Part shown: positions 50,601 through 62,909 of the stretch, piece after piece
Numbering within the stretch: the stretch's first letter is position 1
Layout: every line of letters begins with the position of its first letter
Origin: Sarea resinae
Taxonomy: Eukaryota
Reading direction: 5' to 3'
Assembly (NCBI GenBank): GCA_026026165.1
Contig: JAPEUD010000002.1
Location: forward strand, 434,001-498,000
DNA length: 64,000 bases
Program-made: the position numbers and the translations under genes
Notes under the pieces: model-generated
Database searches by the model: none
What the model saw: only the letters and a program-made list of their open reading frames with translations
Told to the model about the DNA's origin: nothing

Positions 50601-51451
50601 ATGTCGTTGTCCAGCCGCTTGGCCGTTCCGTTGACATCATCCACCACCATGATGCTCAAAGTCGCCTCCGCACCCGCCACCTCTACCGCAGCACGCCCAT
50701 CGTCACATCTCTTCCGCACATTCTCGTCGTCGGGCCCCATCCGATTATCGTCGAAGCGCCAGCTGCAGACCGCCACCGCGCACCGTCCGCAGTCTCTCGG
50801 CCCGACCCCACCGCCACCTCGAAACACAGGCGTGCCGGACACGTCGATAGCCGGAGGCATTCCAGAGGTCAACGACACGAGACCGCCGAGGCTGACGGGA
50901 CAACGCGAGACGCCGTTGACGGCGGGTTCCGACCAGAACTCAAGCGTCAGTGTGACGGAGAACGAAGCGCAGAAGACGAAGCCAGCATCCACAGTATCCA
51001 CTTCAACCGCCACCCCCGCCGCCGACTCTTCGCCCGCTCCGTCCAAGCCGAGAAGAAGCAAGCTCCGCCCGCGAAAGGCCGCCATGACTCTGACTCCTAC
51101 TGCAACCACCCAGTTGCGTCGTCTGCTCTCCCAACCCGACCCGAAACTGATCCGAGTGGGCGTCAAGAACCGGGGCTGTTCCGGCTTGGCCTATCACCTC
51201 GAATATGTCGAGAAGCCGGGCAAGTTTGATGAGGCGGTGGAACAGGACGGTGTCAAGGTGCTCATTGACTCCAAGGCGCTATTCAGCATCATCGGCAGCG
51301 AGATGGACTGGGTCGAAGACAAATTAAATCAGAGATTCGTCTTCCGAAACCCGAACATTAGTACGTCTCTTTTATCCCATCACATCCTTTTCGATACTAA
51401 CAATCACTCTCAGAGGAGCAATGCGGCTGCGGCGAATCATTCATGGTATAG
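50601..51451 (+). CDS. isa1: Mitochondrial iron-sulfur cluster assembly protein Isa1
   Basis: join(50601..51360,51414..51451). S/R-rich presequence, GVKNRGCSGLAY, IDSKALFSIIGSEMDW, F.NPNIKEQCGCGESFMV. Confidence 0.95.
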
Positions 51452-51681
51452 GGGCATTTGAAGCTATCAGCGCATCATGACGATCTGGAGCATTAGTCAG
51501 ACCACATTTTCACGCATGCATCGGCGTTTCGGCATCGGCGTTGGGGGGCGTTTCCTTTATCCACTATCATTCACATATAGATATTTGCACACTCACAGGA
51601 CCTCCCTGAGCCTTTTTTGGCCGGAGACATGTATTTGTATAAATCCACGATTCGATCTACTACTAGTGAATCTCTTTCCGT

Positions 51682-52471
51682 CTAATACACTCCGGGTACG
51701 AAATCCAACACCCTGGCACCGACCACGATGCCGTCCAGACTCTTGACGAACCCCAGATGGGCGGGATCCTTGTGCACGTAGTAGGCCCTGTCCTCTTCGC
51801 TCTCGAACTCGACGACGAAGCCGTGCGTCAGACCTCCCTGTGGCATTGCAGTGGAATCGATCAACCAGGTGAACTCGCTGCTGCACTGAAAAGAAGAAGA
51901 AAAAGCGCAGCGGGGGCGCGGCGAGGTTTGACACGGATCAGAGTAGCAAAGCAATGGAAGAGCTTCGAGAGACGAAGGAAACCGGTGTACATCTATTACG
52001 TACCTGCATCCCCTCGGGACTGTTATCTTTGCCTCCGACCGAGGACCGTATGTAGGGTTTCTGCGTCGTGGGGTGGACACATTGCGTGCGCAGGCCCAGC
52101 ATGCGATTGCATGTCTGTTGGGGTCGGGTCAGTTGGCATCCCGTTGATCCTGTACTATCAGGCACGTCGCTCGTGCTATCGCGGCCTTACTGAGGCCGCA
52201 GATCCGATCGGGGCGACGGAGAAGAAAGGGAGGTTATATGTGGGGGGTTGAGGAGAGGGGGTTCAACGCACGTCTTGGATGACTTCCGGAGCCGTGTCCG
52301 CTTTGAACTAGAGTCGACCGCCCCGTGGCGTGCAGCGTCAGAAAATGGTGTATGGACATGGGACTAGGACTACGAGGATCGAGAGAGAGAGGGAACGTTT
52401 TATCTCGAGGTAGGTAGGGCGAAGACGGAGGTGGTGAGTACCTCGAAGAGCACGATATGTACGATAGCCAT
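51682..52471 (-). CDS. Stress-responsive A/B barrel (Dabb) protein
   Basis: complement join(52442..52471,52272..52307,52004..52114,51682..51837): MAIVHIVLFE|FKADTAPEVIQD|TCNRMLGL...GGKDNSPEGMQ|GGLTHGFVVEFESEEDRAYYVHKDPAH...VLDF. Confidence 0.85.
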
Positions 52472-52958
52472 GTCTCTTGTTTTGCTTCAGGTCCTTTCGG
52501 GAGGACGACTGTGCAGAGACGGCAGAATATAAGTAGGAAGGGAAGAGAGAGGTAGGGATAGATTTCAGTGCGAGCCGGGTTCGAGAGGCGCGTGGGATTT
52601 GGTGGAATGGTGGAGGGTAGACAGGTGCCTTTTCTCTGATATTGCTATGAAATTGATTGATCGGGTGCTTTTGTGAGGGGGATCGAGGCTTCGATTGTCT
52701 GTGTGCGGCGTGTTGATTATTGATCATTTCTTCGTCTGTCTGCCCGTCCACTCTCGTGTGGGAGCGGCATGTCAGACGTCATGGGCTAGCCGCAGCCGCC
52801 GTGGTACATTTACTACGTACACCGAGTGTTCGTACGAAGTACATACATCGATGCGACCGCCGATCTCGACTCCGAACCTCCAATCCACCACCGCGCGCGC
52901 GCACCCAGATGGCCACGCCAGAACAGCAGCATCTCGAAAGCACCAGCAAGCAACCAGC

Positions 52959-53362
52959 ATGATGGCGGCGCCGTCATCGACCCTGAGCTCCTCAACCACA
53001 ACCCCCACATCCACGCCCGCCCCGCTCCTTTTGATCATCCGCTTCACGACCTCGGCGCCCGACCTCCCTCTCCCGATCACCGCGCCATCCACAACCACCA
53101 CCCTGTCCCTCAAACGGCTGATCCGATCACACCTGCCCGCGGAGACATGCACCCATCGACTCCGCCTCATCCACGCCGGCCGCGTGCTGCCGGACATCAG
53201 CACGCTGTCCAGTGCGCTGAGACTGCCTCCGCCGCCGCCGCCATCGGCAGCCTCTTTCCAGCGGTCGAGCGATGCCAAGGGGAAGGGAAAGGCGAGCGTC
53301 CTGGGGGACGAGGGAATCCTCTTCGGCCGCGAGGCGGGGGATGAGAAGGGAGGCCGGAAGCC

Positions 53363-53401
<39 letters not shown>

Positions 53402-54101
53402 CGTCTACATCCACTGCTCGATCGGCGACGCGCTCACGGCCTCAGAGCTGGCGGCCGAAACGGCGGCCGAAGAAGCAGCCGTAGCACGCATGCGCGGCCT
53501 TTCGTCGTCCTCGAGCACAGACGCCGACCACCTGGCCGCTAGCGCCCAAGACGGCCGCCGCGCACACGACAACAAGCCAGCCGACCAAGCCCTCGACGAA
53601 AGCCAGACGACGACGACGACTGGGACCGCGACAAACAGGACCACGACGGCGCCCGCGCCCCGCGGCTTCGACCGCCTCCTCACCGCCGGCTTCACCCCGC
53701 AGGAGATCCTGACGCTGCGCTCCCAGTTCCTGGCCCTGACGGCGCACACGCACACGCCGGACACGATGCCGTCGCCGAGCGAGATGCGGGTCCTGGAGGA
53801 CCGATGGATCGACGAGTCCGTGAACGCAGACGGCGGCATCGGCGGCAGTGGCGGTGGTGGTGGCTTAGCAACCGGTAATGGGGCCGGCGCCACCACGGGC
53901 GCGGGCGGCGGGCCCGACGACATGCAGGCCGGCGGCCTCGACGACATGCTCTGGGGCAACCTGATGGGGTTCTTCTGGCCGCTGGGCGCCGTCGTGTGGT
54001 TGTTGCGCGAAGAGGGCGTCTGGAGCAAGCGCCGCCAGATCGCCGTCTTCACGGGGTTTTTGGTCAATGTCGCTTTTAGCGTCTTGAGGGTGACGTCGTA
54101 G
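52959..54101 (+). CDS. dsc3: DSC E3 ubiquitin ligase complex subunit Dsc3 (DUF2407 ubiquitin-like + C-terminal TM)
   Basis: IRFTTSAPDLPL, RLRLIHAGRVL, VYIHCSIGD, PRGFDRLL.AGFT..EI..LRSQF, LEDRWID, G.LMGFFW and a C-terminal hydrophobic segment; intronless. Confidence 0.85.
53364..53399 (+). repeat. (CAG)12 coding trinucleotide repeat (polyQ in Dsc3)
   Basis: Pure CAG run encoding Q12. Confidence 0.95.
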
Positions 54102-54116
54102 GGCTGGCTACATATG

Positions 54117-54645
54117 TTGCGTGCGTGCGTGCGTCGTCGTCGTCGTCGTGTGTGTGTGCGTGTGTGTTGGGGGGCTGGGGGGAATGGGGGCGAGAGGGGA
54201 CCTGTTCTGGACCAAAGAAAATTAAAAGAAGGCACAGAGCTGATGTCGCATCCGACGACTGCATTCTCGAACCTAATCGCTTCTTGATATTTGATCAATC
54301 GACCCAATCCACCGACTGAAAACGGACCCAGAGCTGGGACTGATACTGGAACTGGAACTGGAATTGGAACTGGAACTGGAACTGGAAGTAGAACGAGAAC
54401 AAGAACTGGAGTTGGAGTTGGAGTCGGCGGCAGAGGCAGAGTTCGGGCGTTCTGGTGGGCTTTTTTTTTTTTGGCGGATTCCCTTTCTTCCATCCTATGA
54501 TCTTCTTTGATCCTGTTGGACTTTTTGGTGCTTGATCTATTCGGCGGCATGGCGTAGCATGAGGGCATAGGTTAATAGCATAGCATAGCAAGGTAGCAAA
54601 GCATAGCACAGTATAGCACAGTATAGCACAGTATAGGATAGCACA
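54117..54645. repeat. Microsatellite cluster downstream of dsc3: (GTGC)n, (GTC)n, (GT)n, (GGAACT)n, (TAGCA)n/(GTATAGCACA)n
   Basis: gtgcgtgcgtgc, gtcgtcgtc and gtgtgt ~54117-54166; ggaactggaactggaattggaact ~54348-54423; tagcatagcatagc and gtatagcacagtatagcaca ~54576-54645. Confidence 0.85.
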
Positions 54646-55131
54646 GCGAGGCGTCAATACCCCCTCTCCTCCCTTTTTCCTCTCTTTTTTTTTAGTATAG
54701 CTAAATAAACCCAGTATCACGAGTCATGGGCGTAAATGGTCCAGCTCGCCAACTTCACATCACCGCGTGCACGCGTGAGAGATCGCATGTATATATTATT
54801 CTATATCAATCGCCCCAAAGAATCTCTGTGATAGAGAATGAAGAATGAGAACGAGGAAGCCCCCCTGTTGCGCCTGCAATGCTTTCGATGCCCTCCAAGA
54901 TCCAACCGTTCATCAGTCCATCCCTGAGTCGCTCCCTCTCCTGGTTACATGCGCTTCTGTGGAAACGTACAGGTGGTTACTCATAGAGTAGTCTGGACCA
55001 CTTATGCCGGCTCCCTGCGCTGAGAAAGGGGCTTATAGATGATTGCATCACCCTCTTCGGCGCTCTATTTTCCCATGCTATTGATTGCGAGACTAATGTT
55101 GCCGATGTTGTGCACATCGATCAGAAAAGAC

Positions 55132-56417
55132 CTAGATCCTATTCTGCTGCCTGTTAAGCTCGTCCCTGAAAGCATTCTGGCCCCTGGGCGCGGCGTTGTC
55201 GCTATAGTCCGGGACGGTAGGACTAGCAACCAGACTACCAAGACTGTCATGCTGAGCGTGGCCTGGGCGGCGCGGAGGCATGTTGTGGTCGTCGAACTCG
55301 TCTCCAAGAGGATCGGCAGCCAGCACAGGCTCGATCTCGTGCTCATTGAGCTGGATGGCGCCGTTCTTGCCCCCGCGCATACGTTGGCGGCGCGACTTGC
55401 CGATGCCGTAGCCCTTGTTGCGGCGGCCCATGACGTTGCCGAGGCCGATATGGCGGGTCCTACGCATGCCGATCATGAGGCCCAGAACCACGAGGGCGCA
55501 GAAGCCGAGGGTGACGGGCAGGCCGACGACGAGGCCAAGGTGGTTCGGCGCATTCGTCTTCGGCGTCGGCGGATAGTGACTGGGAGAGGGCGTTTCCAAC
55601 ATGATGGTGGCACCTTCGACGATGTTGGGCTTGGAATTGGGGGCGGGGTTTAGCTCGACCAGGTAGAAGGTCAAGTTGTTCGAGTCCTCGCCTTGAAGCC
55701 AAGCCTTGTCCATCTTGATCGTTGTGTAGCCGTAGGAGTTTCGGATCTGTGACGACGAATAGGCGTTGGCGCCGCCTTTCGAGGCGTTGGCGTAATTCAG
55801 CTCGACAGTGACAGTCGAGTTAAGTGGGAAGGCATCCGCATCCCAGGTGACTGGGCAAGAAAGCGTCAGATTTTCGGATCTTGGGCTGTTGAATAGAGTG
55901 CTTTCATACCATAATACGTCTGCCCTGGATTGTATACACTTCCATTGTTTGGCAGACAAAAAGGTGCCAAGGGACCTGTGGCCTCGTGGCATGCGGGAAA
56001 GTTGCCGCTCAGTTTTGGTGGCGGGGTAAAAGTAGACTGTGAGCTTGCCACCGTCGAGCTCGGGGTGTTTGCAACGCTTGAGCTCGCGGTGCTGGCGGCT
56101 TTTGATTTATCGGCTGCGGATGAAGAGACACCCGACGCAGAAGACGCAACGGCGGTGGCACTGGTAGTAGCAGAGACCGAGGAGGCTAGATAGACGCCGT
56201 ATTAGCTCTTCGTGGCTCCATCTTGAAAGCAGCAGTGATCCGTTGTGGGACAGATTGCATATGCCAAAATGCGACCTGCATCATCAGGAGAACCAAGAGG
56301 CTTACAATCTGCCCGTCTGATAGCCGGTCCAGCAGAGACCCCGTGGCCGGTCAACAGTGAGCTCAAGGCGGCCAAGACAGTGAGAGTGGTGGAGAGAGTG
56401 ACCGAGGTGGGATACAT
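55132..56417 (-). CDS. Type I membrane protein, Psg1/YKL077W (DUF4448)-like
   Basis: complement join(56306..56417,55910..56185,55132..55850). Signal peptide, S/T-rich stalk, FPAC...APFCLP, GQTYYVTWD, NSYGY, single TM, cytosolic GYGIGKSRRQR and NAFRDEL.RQ. Confidence 0.7.
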
Positions 56418-57210
56418 ATTGGCTGTGGACACGCGACGCGACTGTACGCCCGAAGGAGCTGCTCCCAGTCGCCTGCGTCTGCAGAATGCAATTGACCGAG
56501 TGGGGTGGAAAAGAGTGTGAGGCTGGAGAAGGCCAAAGGAAAGAAAGAAGGGACGGCAAAGAGAGCAAGAGAGTGAATGAAGGGCAAGGCGAAATGGTTG
56601 AAAGTGGCCGTGACGGGTGGCAGCCCGAGGTGAGGGATCACAGCTTCCCGAAAGGGTACAATGCTATGACCTCGGTGTCGGTCGGGGTAGTACTCGTACG
56701 CGGAGTACTTGTCTCGACGCGGGGCAGCGCATACTCTGTCGAGGTACTCTCAGCTGGTCTCAGGGGAAGCCCTTTGATTACAGTGATTGCCTTACCTCAG
56801 CGGGCCAATTTCCTCTTTGTTCCGGCGCTGCGTTCATTGCGACCCCAACCGGCCGTAGTATCTGGCACTACCGAGTACGGTCATCCAATGTAATTACCTC
56901 TGTATACGGATACGGAGTACCTACTCTGTACTCCTGGAGGGGAGCTCTCTGCTCTCTGCTCTCTGCTTACCTACGACTTGTTCCATCCACACCCATCCTC
57001 GACCCGCTTCCTCTCTTCCTCTCTCTCTCTCTCCCTCCTCACCATCTTTCTTGTCGTTCCTTGAATCGTCCCCGCCCGTCGTATACCCTGAGTCGGCCCT
57101 GCTATATCTTTTTAATTGCCATTCTCCCGTCAGCCCGCCACCGCTGAGATTCGTGCTTGTTATACCCGATTCGTCATCGACTCCGCAGAGACCACCTTTC
57201 CACTGTCACA

Positions 57211-58128
57211 ATGCGTGTCTCCGCCTCTCTCGTTGTAGCGCTTTCCACGCTCGCCGTCGCGCAAGAGCAGAACCCCCTGAATGATATTGGCGACAAGCTC
57301 AAGGGATGGTTCGAGAAGGTGCAGTCCTATGTCCCTGCGGCGCCATCAGCGCCAGTCGACGCCGGCGCTGCCAAGGTTGCTGAGGTGAAGACTGTGCCGC
57401 TCACGTTGGAGAATTGGCGCGAGACCTTGACGCCGAGCGCTTCGGCGACGAGCGAGGGCCCAGAGGAGTGGATGGTCTACATCACTGGCGGCAATAAAAC
57501 CTGCTACGGGATGTGTGGTGAAGCTGACAAGGCCTGGAATGTTAGTCGATGTTATTCCTTTGTGGCGATCTGCAGAAGCTAACGCATGTGCAGGAGTCTG
57601 TCGCTCTTCTCTCCGCGCAGTTGCACCCACCGCATCTTGGATCAATCAACTGCGATGAGCAGCCTGTTCTTTGCAACTCTTGGGCGGCCGGAAACCCGTC
57701 CATCTACCATATTCTTCTTCCCGCTCCCGTTGAGGACCAATCCAAGCCAGCGACGACCATTCGCATCTTCGGACTGAACCGCACTTCTGTTTCGCCCACG
57801 GAAATTGCCAAGATCCACACCTCTTACGAGGAGACCGAGCCTTATGAGGGCGTCTTCCATCCTTTTGATGGAGTCCTAGCTCAGAATGGACTTGCCGTGC
57901 CTCTTGGATATTTCCTATGGGCATTCGCGTTGATTCCAAGCTGGGCATTCATGCTGGGCATCAGTTTCTTTAGCAGGACTATCATGTAAGTGTATTATGC
58001 ATTCCACGTGGCAGAAATGTCCGATAGCGAATTCGCTAACATCGAATTAAAGGGGCCGAAGACAGGCGCCAAATGCCAGGGCCGGGGGTGCGGCACCAGC
58101 AGGAGCGACACCTGGAGACGCGCGCTAG
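57211..58128 (+). CDS. Secretory-pathway thioredoxin-fold membrane protein (TMX-like) with CxxxC
   Basis: join(57211..57540,57594..57985,58053..58128). Signal peptide, LTLENWR, EEWMVYITGGNKTCYGMC...AWNES, INCDEQPVLCNSW...PSIY, C-terminal TM segment. Confidence 0.75.
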
Positions 58129-58318
58129 AGAGGAATTTTTTTTTTTTTGGATAGGAGCGATTCTGATGGTCTAGATATCTATTGTAATTCTTGTGTAAGA
58201 AAATTATGGAGTAGGCTATTCCGATGGCTTAATGCCCTTTTGCTATTTGAGCTATGCTGTGCTTTGCCCACATTGTGACGATTGCATTGTTCTAACTCTC
58301 ACCTCCCCCTCGCAGCTC

Positions 58319-59876
58319 TCATGGCAGCTCCTGCAGCTTCTCATTTCCCTCTCTTCGCTCCGCTGCTCTGTCCCACTTCTCTTGTGGAACCCCCTTTGCA
58401 GCTTTCCCTTTTTTGTTTTTCTTCGCCTTTGGACGTTTCATTTTCTTCGGTCTTGGAGCGTCTGCATCACCACGCTCTTGCTTTAGTTTCTTCGATCGAG
58501 GACCACTTTCATCGCTGCACTCTTCTTTGACTCTCTTCGCTCCAGGACCGTCCTCGTCGCCTTCTTCTTCCTTGACTTGTAGGTCGTCCTCATCACCGCC
58601 CTCTTCATCCACCACGAGCCTACCGTCAGCAGCATTGGCGTTGCTCACTAAAGCGAAAGAGGTCCACGGACCACAGTAGACGTTTATGATTGACCTTCCT
58701 TCGCCAAGGCCGAGATTTACATGCATCCAGTCCTCGGCGAATTTCTTCGCACCAGCTCCTAGCTGGCCATTGACACCACGACCGGCGGCGAACAAACGTC
58801 CATCGCACGTGAGCACGACGATATGCCCGTCTCCTACAGCAACATCGGCAATATCCACTCCGCCGTCGATATCCACGAGGGCGACCTTCTCTCCCTCGTC
58901 AGAGGATGGTGGGAGGGCTTTGATTCTGTTGCTTTCACCTGGCCTTCCGCCCCAAACATAGAGGTCGTTGTCCTTTGAAAGTGCTGCGGTAATCCAGCCC
59001 CCGGAGGAGATCTTCTTGATTGGAATGCCCCCCAGGACTTCGACTGGTCCGGGCCTCGTAGCGGGGGATTCAGGCGTGATGTCGCGGCCAAGGTGGTTAT
59101 GTCGGGCGTCGCCCCAGGTGTAGACTACGCCACTCTCTGTCAGAGCCGTGAAAGCTGTTTGGTTGGCTTCGAGCTGTATGATGCGCTCAGGAAACTTCAA
59201 ATCTTCATCCTTTTTTATCCCACCACCGCAGTATATGTACACCGCGTGAGATCCTGGGTCATCGCTCTGATGCACCCAATGCCCATCTTCCGGGTTACAT
59301 TGTCCTACATTAGTTCAGTCAGTAACTGTATCCTTTGACAGCGAATCTTCGAGATCCACTTACCGACATAGTAAGCCACGCGTTCATTCCCTGCGACAGC
59401 AAGACAATGGCCTGGGTACCCGGTCATGACTCGACCCCCTCTTTCATCGCGACAAATGGCCATGCAGAACTCATCTTCCCCACTGCTGTTCTCGTGCTCA
59501 GTTGGGCCTTCAAGGACTACGGTTTGTCCATTAGCCAACAGCCCCGCGTAGATACTAGCATCGCCTCCTGCAATTGACACCACGGTCGACTCGTGGGGTG
59601 GAGCAGTACGATCGTCTCTATCGTTGGTCTTATGGCCTTGGAGAATGATTTCGCCATCGATTTCCACTAGACAATTAGTGTTCAGCTTGAGCCACGAACA
59701 CTGAAGTTACCCTAGTAAGCCATACCAAAAGTGTTGGCCCATCCCGAACAGAGTAGTCTGATGGTCTTGGCAGAGAGGACCTGTGTAAACCTGTGGAGGT
59801 CTTTGTTCTTGTATTTCTTTTGGCGTTTGAGATTCAACTGATTGTGGGCATTGAAGCCACAAGCGTAGAGCTCCAT
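58319..59876 (-). CDS. RCC1/BLIP-II repeat protein
   Basis: complement join(59726..59876,59364..59666,58319..59304); an alternative donor at 59710 gives the same frame. MELYACGFNAHNQL, ALTESGVVYTWG, ALSKDNDLYVWG, VAVGDGHIVVLT.DGRLFAAGRGVNGQLG; acidic/basic tail. Confidence 0.85.
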
Positions 59877-60798
59877 GATGAGGTCAGTGGTGGAAGGCGG
59901 CCAGTCTTCGTGCTCGAGGTGGACGTGAAGGCCTCCTTGACCGACTGAAAGCAGTAGTAGTGGAATCTGCGATACTATCTGCCCATTGAAAGATCTGCTA
60001 CCACGGACGACATTCTTTCGAGTGTGAAGAAGGATCGAGTGGATGCTTCACCTGGCAGGCATCCAGGGAGCGAACATGTTAAGGACAGAGATAGAGATAC
60101 ACCAGGTACGATCATAAATTCCCAGAGGAGCAGAGCATGACAAGCTCGTCTCTTCCTGCACAGATATACTGAACAAGGTGATGAGTTGTATCGGTCGCCC
60201 GGTGGCTACGGTTTAAATTCGATCGTGTGAATCTCCCATCCCCTTCTTTACCTTAAGCATTCAGGCGTCCAAACGACGAAGTGTCCTTTTGCATCGACAT
60301 ATGGTAACACTTCCATATTCTCTCACTTCATCTGATGATTGCGCTTGCTATGCATCATGCGCCATCCACCACCAAAGGATGTGCATTTAGCCACTAATAG
60401 TCGAGAGTCGAGACTCCTCTCATATGGATCGCTGGCGATTTACACCTACATAGTTTGGGGATCCCGGAGATAGGATAAACTCAGGAGACTAGCGGAGATC
60501 CGCTAAGACTATCAATCGCTGCCCAGGGGCTGGTCTTGTCTGCCCCTCTGACAAATATCGTGCATGAATGGTTTCCTATTACTCGGCATATTATCAACTG
60601 GTATATCTTCCCCCATGCATACCGTGCGCGAGTACTGACTAAATGAAGTTGACACTGCGGGGCTGTTGTGCTATGTCCTCGTCATGATATAAATATATCC
60701 GTACCTTGCTCTCAATGAATATCTGATAAAATTTCTACGCTGCTCTCAATCGTCGTTGCGTCATTCTTTCCAGATATTTTGAAGTCCTCTTTATCAAA

Positions 60799-61803
60799 AT
60801 GTCAAAGGTCAAAACTGTCCATGTCCCGCATCTGGGTGGCATTGATGCTGGCTATCAAATGCCGCACCCCTACGACCCCTCAAAACCTACACTGGTTCTC
60901 GTGAACAGTTTCACCACGTCCAGCTATTTCTATTCTTCGCAGTTCGCGAACAAAGAATTGACAGACACGGTGAATCTACTTGCCATTGAGCTGCTGGGTC
61001 ATGGCGCAACGAGGACCAAGTCGGAACAGTTTACCTATTGGGACACTGCGATTATGAATATTCAGGTTTTGGATGCCTTGCACATTGAAAAGGCCTTTGT
61101 TCTGGGAACAAGTCAGGGTGGCTGGATCACTGCCAGGATGGCACTGCTGGCCCCAGAAAAGGTGAGAATGCGATCAGTCCCCATACTCTGTCGATCGCCT
61201 AATCTGGACGGAGTAGATTGAAGGCATCATTCCTCTTGGCACCTCTATGGACTCGGAGTCTGAACGCACTCGCAAGCTGGGTTGTTGGGATATTCGAGAG
61301 GGTACGGCGATCCTTGAGGCTGTGACGACTACGAAGAGCACACCCGACTTCGAACCCGCTGACGAGTACTGCAACGTCCTGATCCAAATCGGCTGGGGTC
61401 CGCAGTGTGACCAAGGCCTTAAAGAGTTCTGGACCAAGACGATCAAGACCAATTACCAAGGGGACAACGGCCGGAAAAGACTCAGAATGGCTGCTATCAG
61501 CCTCAAAGAACGGGATGGGCTCCATGAGAGGCTCTTTGATATTCGATGCCCGGTCATGTGGCTACACGTCAGTCATCCTATCCGCATCGACCTATCGACC
61601 TCGACCTTAGACTGACTTTTTCGCAGGGCAACAGCGACGTCGTCTACTCGGTAGCAAACGCAGAGGAGGAGATCAAACTGTTTGTCAACTCTCCAGATGC
61701 CCAGCTCCGCATAGTCAAGGATGGGCAGCATTTTCTGAGTGCATCTCACCCGGAGGAGATCGACCGGGCCGTGATTGAGTTTGTGACCAAATATCATAAG
61801 TAA
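60799..61803 (+). CDS. Alpha/beta-fold hydrolase
   Basis: join(60799..61161,61217..61567,61627..61803). IELLGHG.T, nucleophile elbow GTSQGG, IRCPVMWLHGNSDVVY, GQHFL; TATAAATA at 60688-60695. Confidence 0.9.
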
Positions 61804-62014
61804 TGTCTAGATGAACATGTGGAACAAATCTCGATTGAAGAATGCCAGTATTCTCTATCGTCCACAATAAGTATACACATCGGATTTAGATGAGCACCAG
61901 AATATATATGTACTGCACAGATCTCCCGAAAATCAGCTTTCTAATTCATACAAAGACGGGTGTGAACTCCCAGAGACAACACCATAAATTAACATGGAAA
62001 GATTCAGCCCAAGC

Positions 62015-62692
62015 TTATAGGGTTACACGGCTTTTCGGTGGCGCAGGCTGCTCCTCCATAAAAGCAGCCCCACTGTTCACATCCATCCGGTCCTCTTCCT
62101 CGGCCTGCCGTTCATTCTCATCCAGTTCGCGGTCAAATTCTGCAATTTCCTGCTTCAGCTCCGTCTCACTGACTGGCTTTCCCTCACTCGAAAGCATCGC
62201 TGGTGCCTCCTCGGACAAGCCCAACTTCCTCCGTTCCTCTGCAAACTTCTCCTGCACCGTCTTTGTCTGCATGAGTCTCCACCGCAGCCGCCACCCCTCC
62301 ATGCCCAATTCCTTCAGCCTCATCGGCTTTTCGCCCAGGAGATACTCGTCGAGTCCACCGACCTTGTCGATCGTCCTCAGCACCCTGATCGAGAGCCGGA
62401 GTCGTATGGGTCGCTGAAGAGCGACCGAGTAGAGCTTCTTGCGCTGGATGTTCGGGCGGAAGCGTCGCCGGGTCTTGATTTCCGTATCATCGCTGACGTT
62501 GTTTCCGTATCGGATACGCTGACCGCCGTAGAGACCGAAATTGGATTGCTTGTACCATTGTGAGGGCCCGTAGGGGTATGGAGGCACGTTTCGGTGCTTG
62601 TATGCGAGGAGATTGTCGGAGCGTCGGGCAAGGTTTGATGAAGTCGAAGAGAAAGCACGGAGGAAGGTGAGAGAAGGTGGACGGATTGACAT
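62015..62692 (-). CDS. mrpl24: Mitochondrial ribosomal protein bL28m
   Basis: Presequence, then YPYG...YKQSNFGLYGG..I.YGN.VS...KTRRRFRPNI, VLRTIDKVGGLDEYL. Confidence 0.93.
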   Translation of the reverse strand: MSIRPPSLTFLRAFSSTSSNLARRSDNLLAYKHRNVPPYPYGPSQWYKQSNFGLYGGQRIRYGNNVSDDTEIKTRRRFRPNIQRKKLYSVALQRPIRLRLSIRVLRTIDKVGGLDEYLLGEKPMRLKELGMEGWRLRWRLMQTKTVQEKFAEERRKLGLSEEAPAMLSSEGKPVSETELKQEIAEFDRELDENERQAEEEDRMDVNSGAAFMEEQPAPPKSRVTL

Positions 62693-62909
62693 GGTGGCGG
62701 ATGAGATTGTGAGAGGACTGCCGTTGATATCAGCTGGGTGGAGGCACGTCGAGCGGTTGAGTCGTCGAAGGTAGAAAGTGAAGGTCGCGCTCGAAGATGA
62801 AGATTGGATGAAGATGTTGCAGCCCGAGATCTGTTTCTCGGATTATTATTTTCTCCGTCTGCCGAGCGTTGCGGAGCGGGATGGATCTAATGTAAACACC
62901 AAAACCAAC

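Noticed and set aside
51838..52441. Stwintron (nested intron) in the long Dabb introns
   Set aside because: No internal intron whose removal rebuilds a canonical donor could be found by eye.
54348..54423. Hexamer array as telomeric or CRISPR-like repeat
   Set aside because: The unit is GGAACT, not TTAGGG, and there are no spacers; an ordinary microsatellite.
53405..54568. 387-aa antisense ORF over dsc3 and its 3' repeats
   Set aside because: Made of microsatellite translations (PVPVP, PTPTP) and the antisense of a GC-rich CDS.
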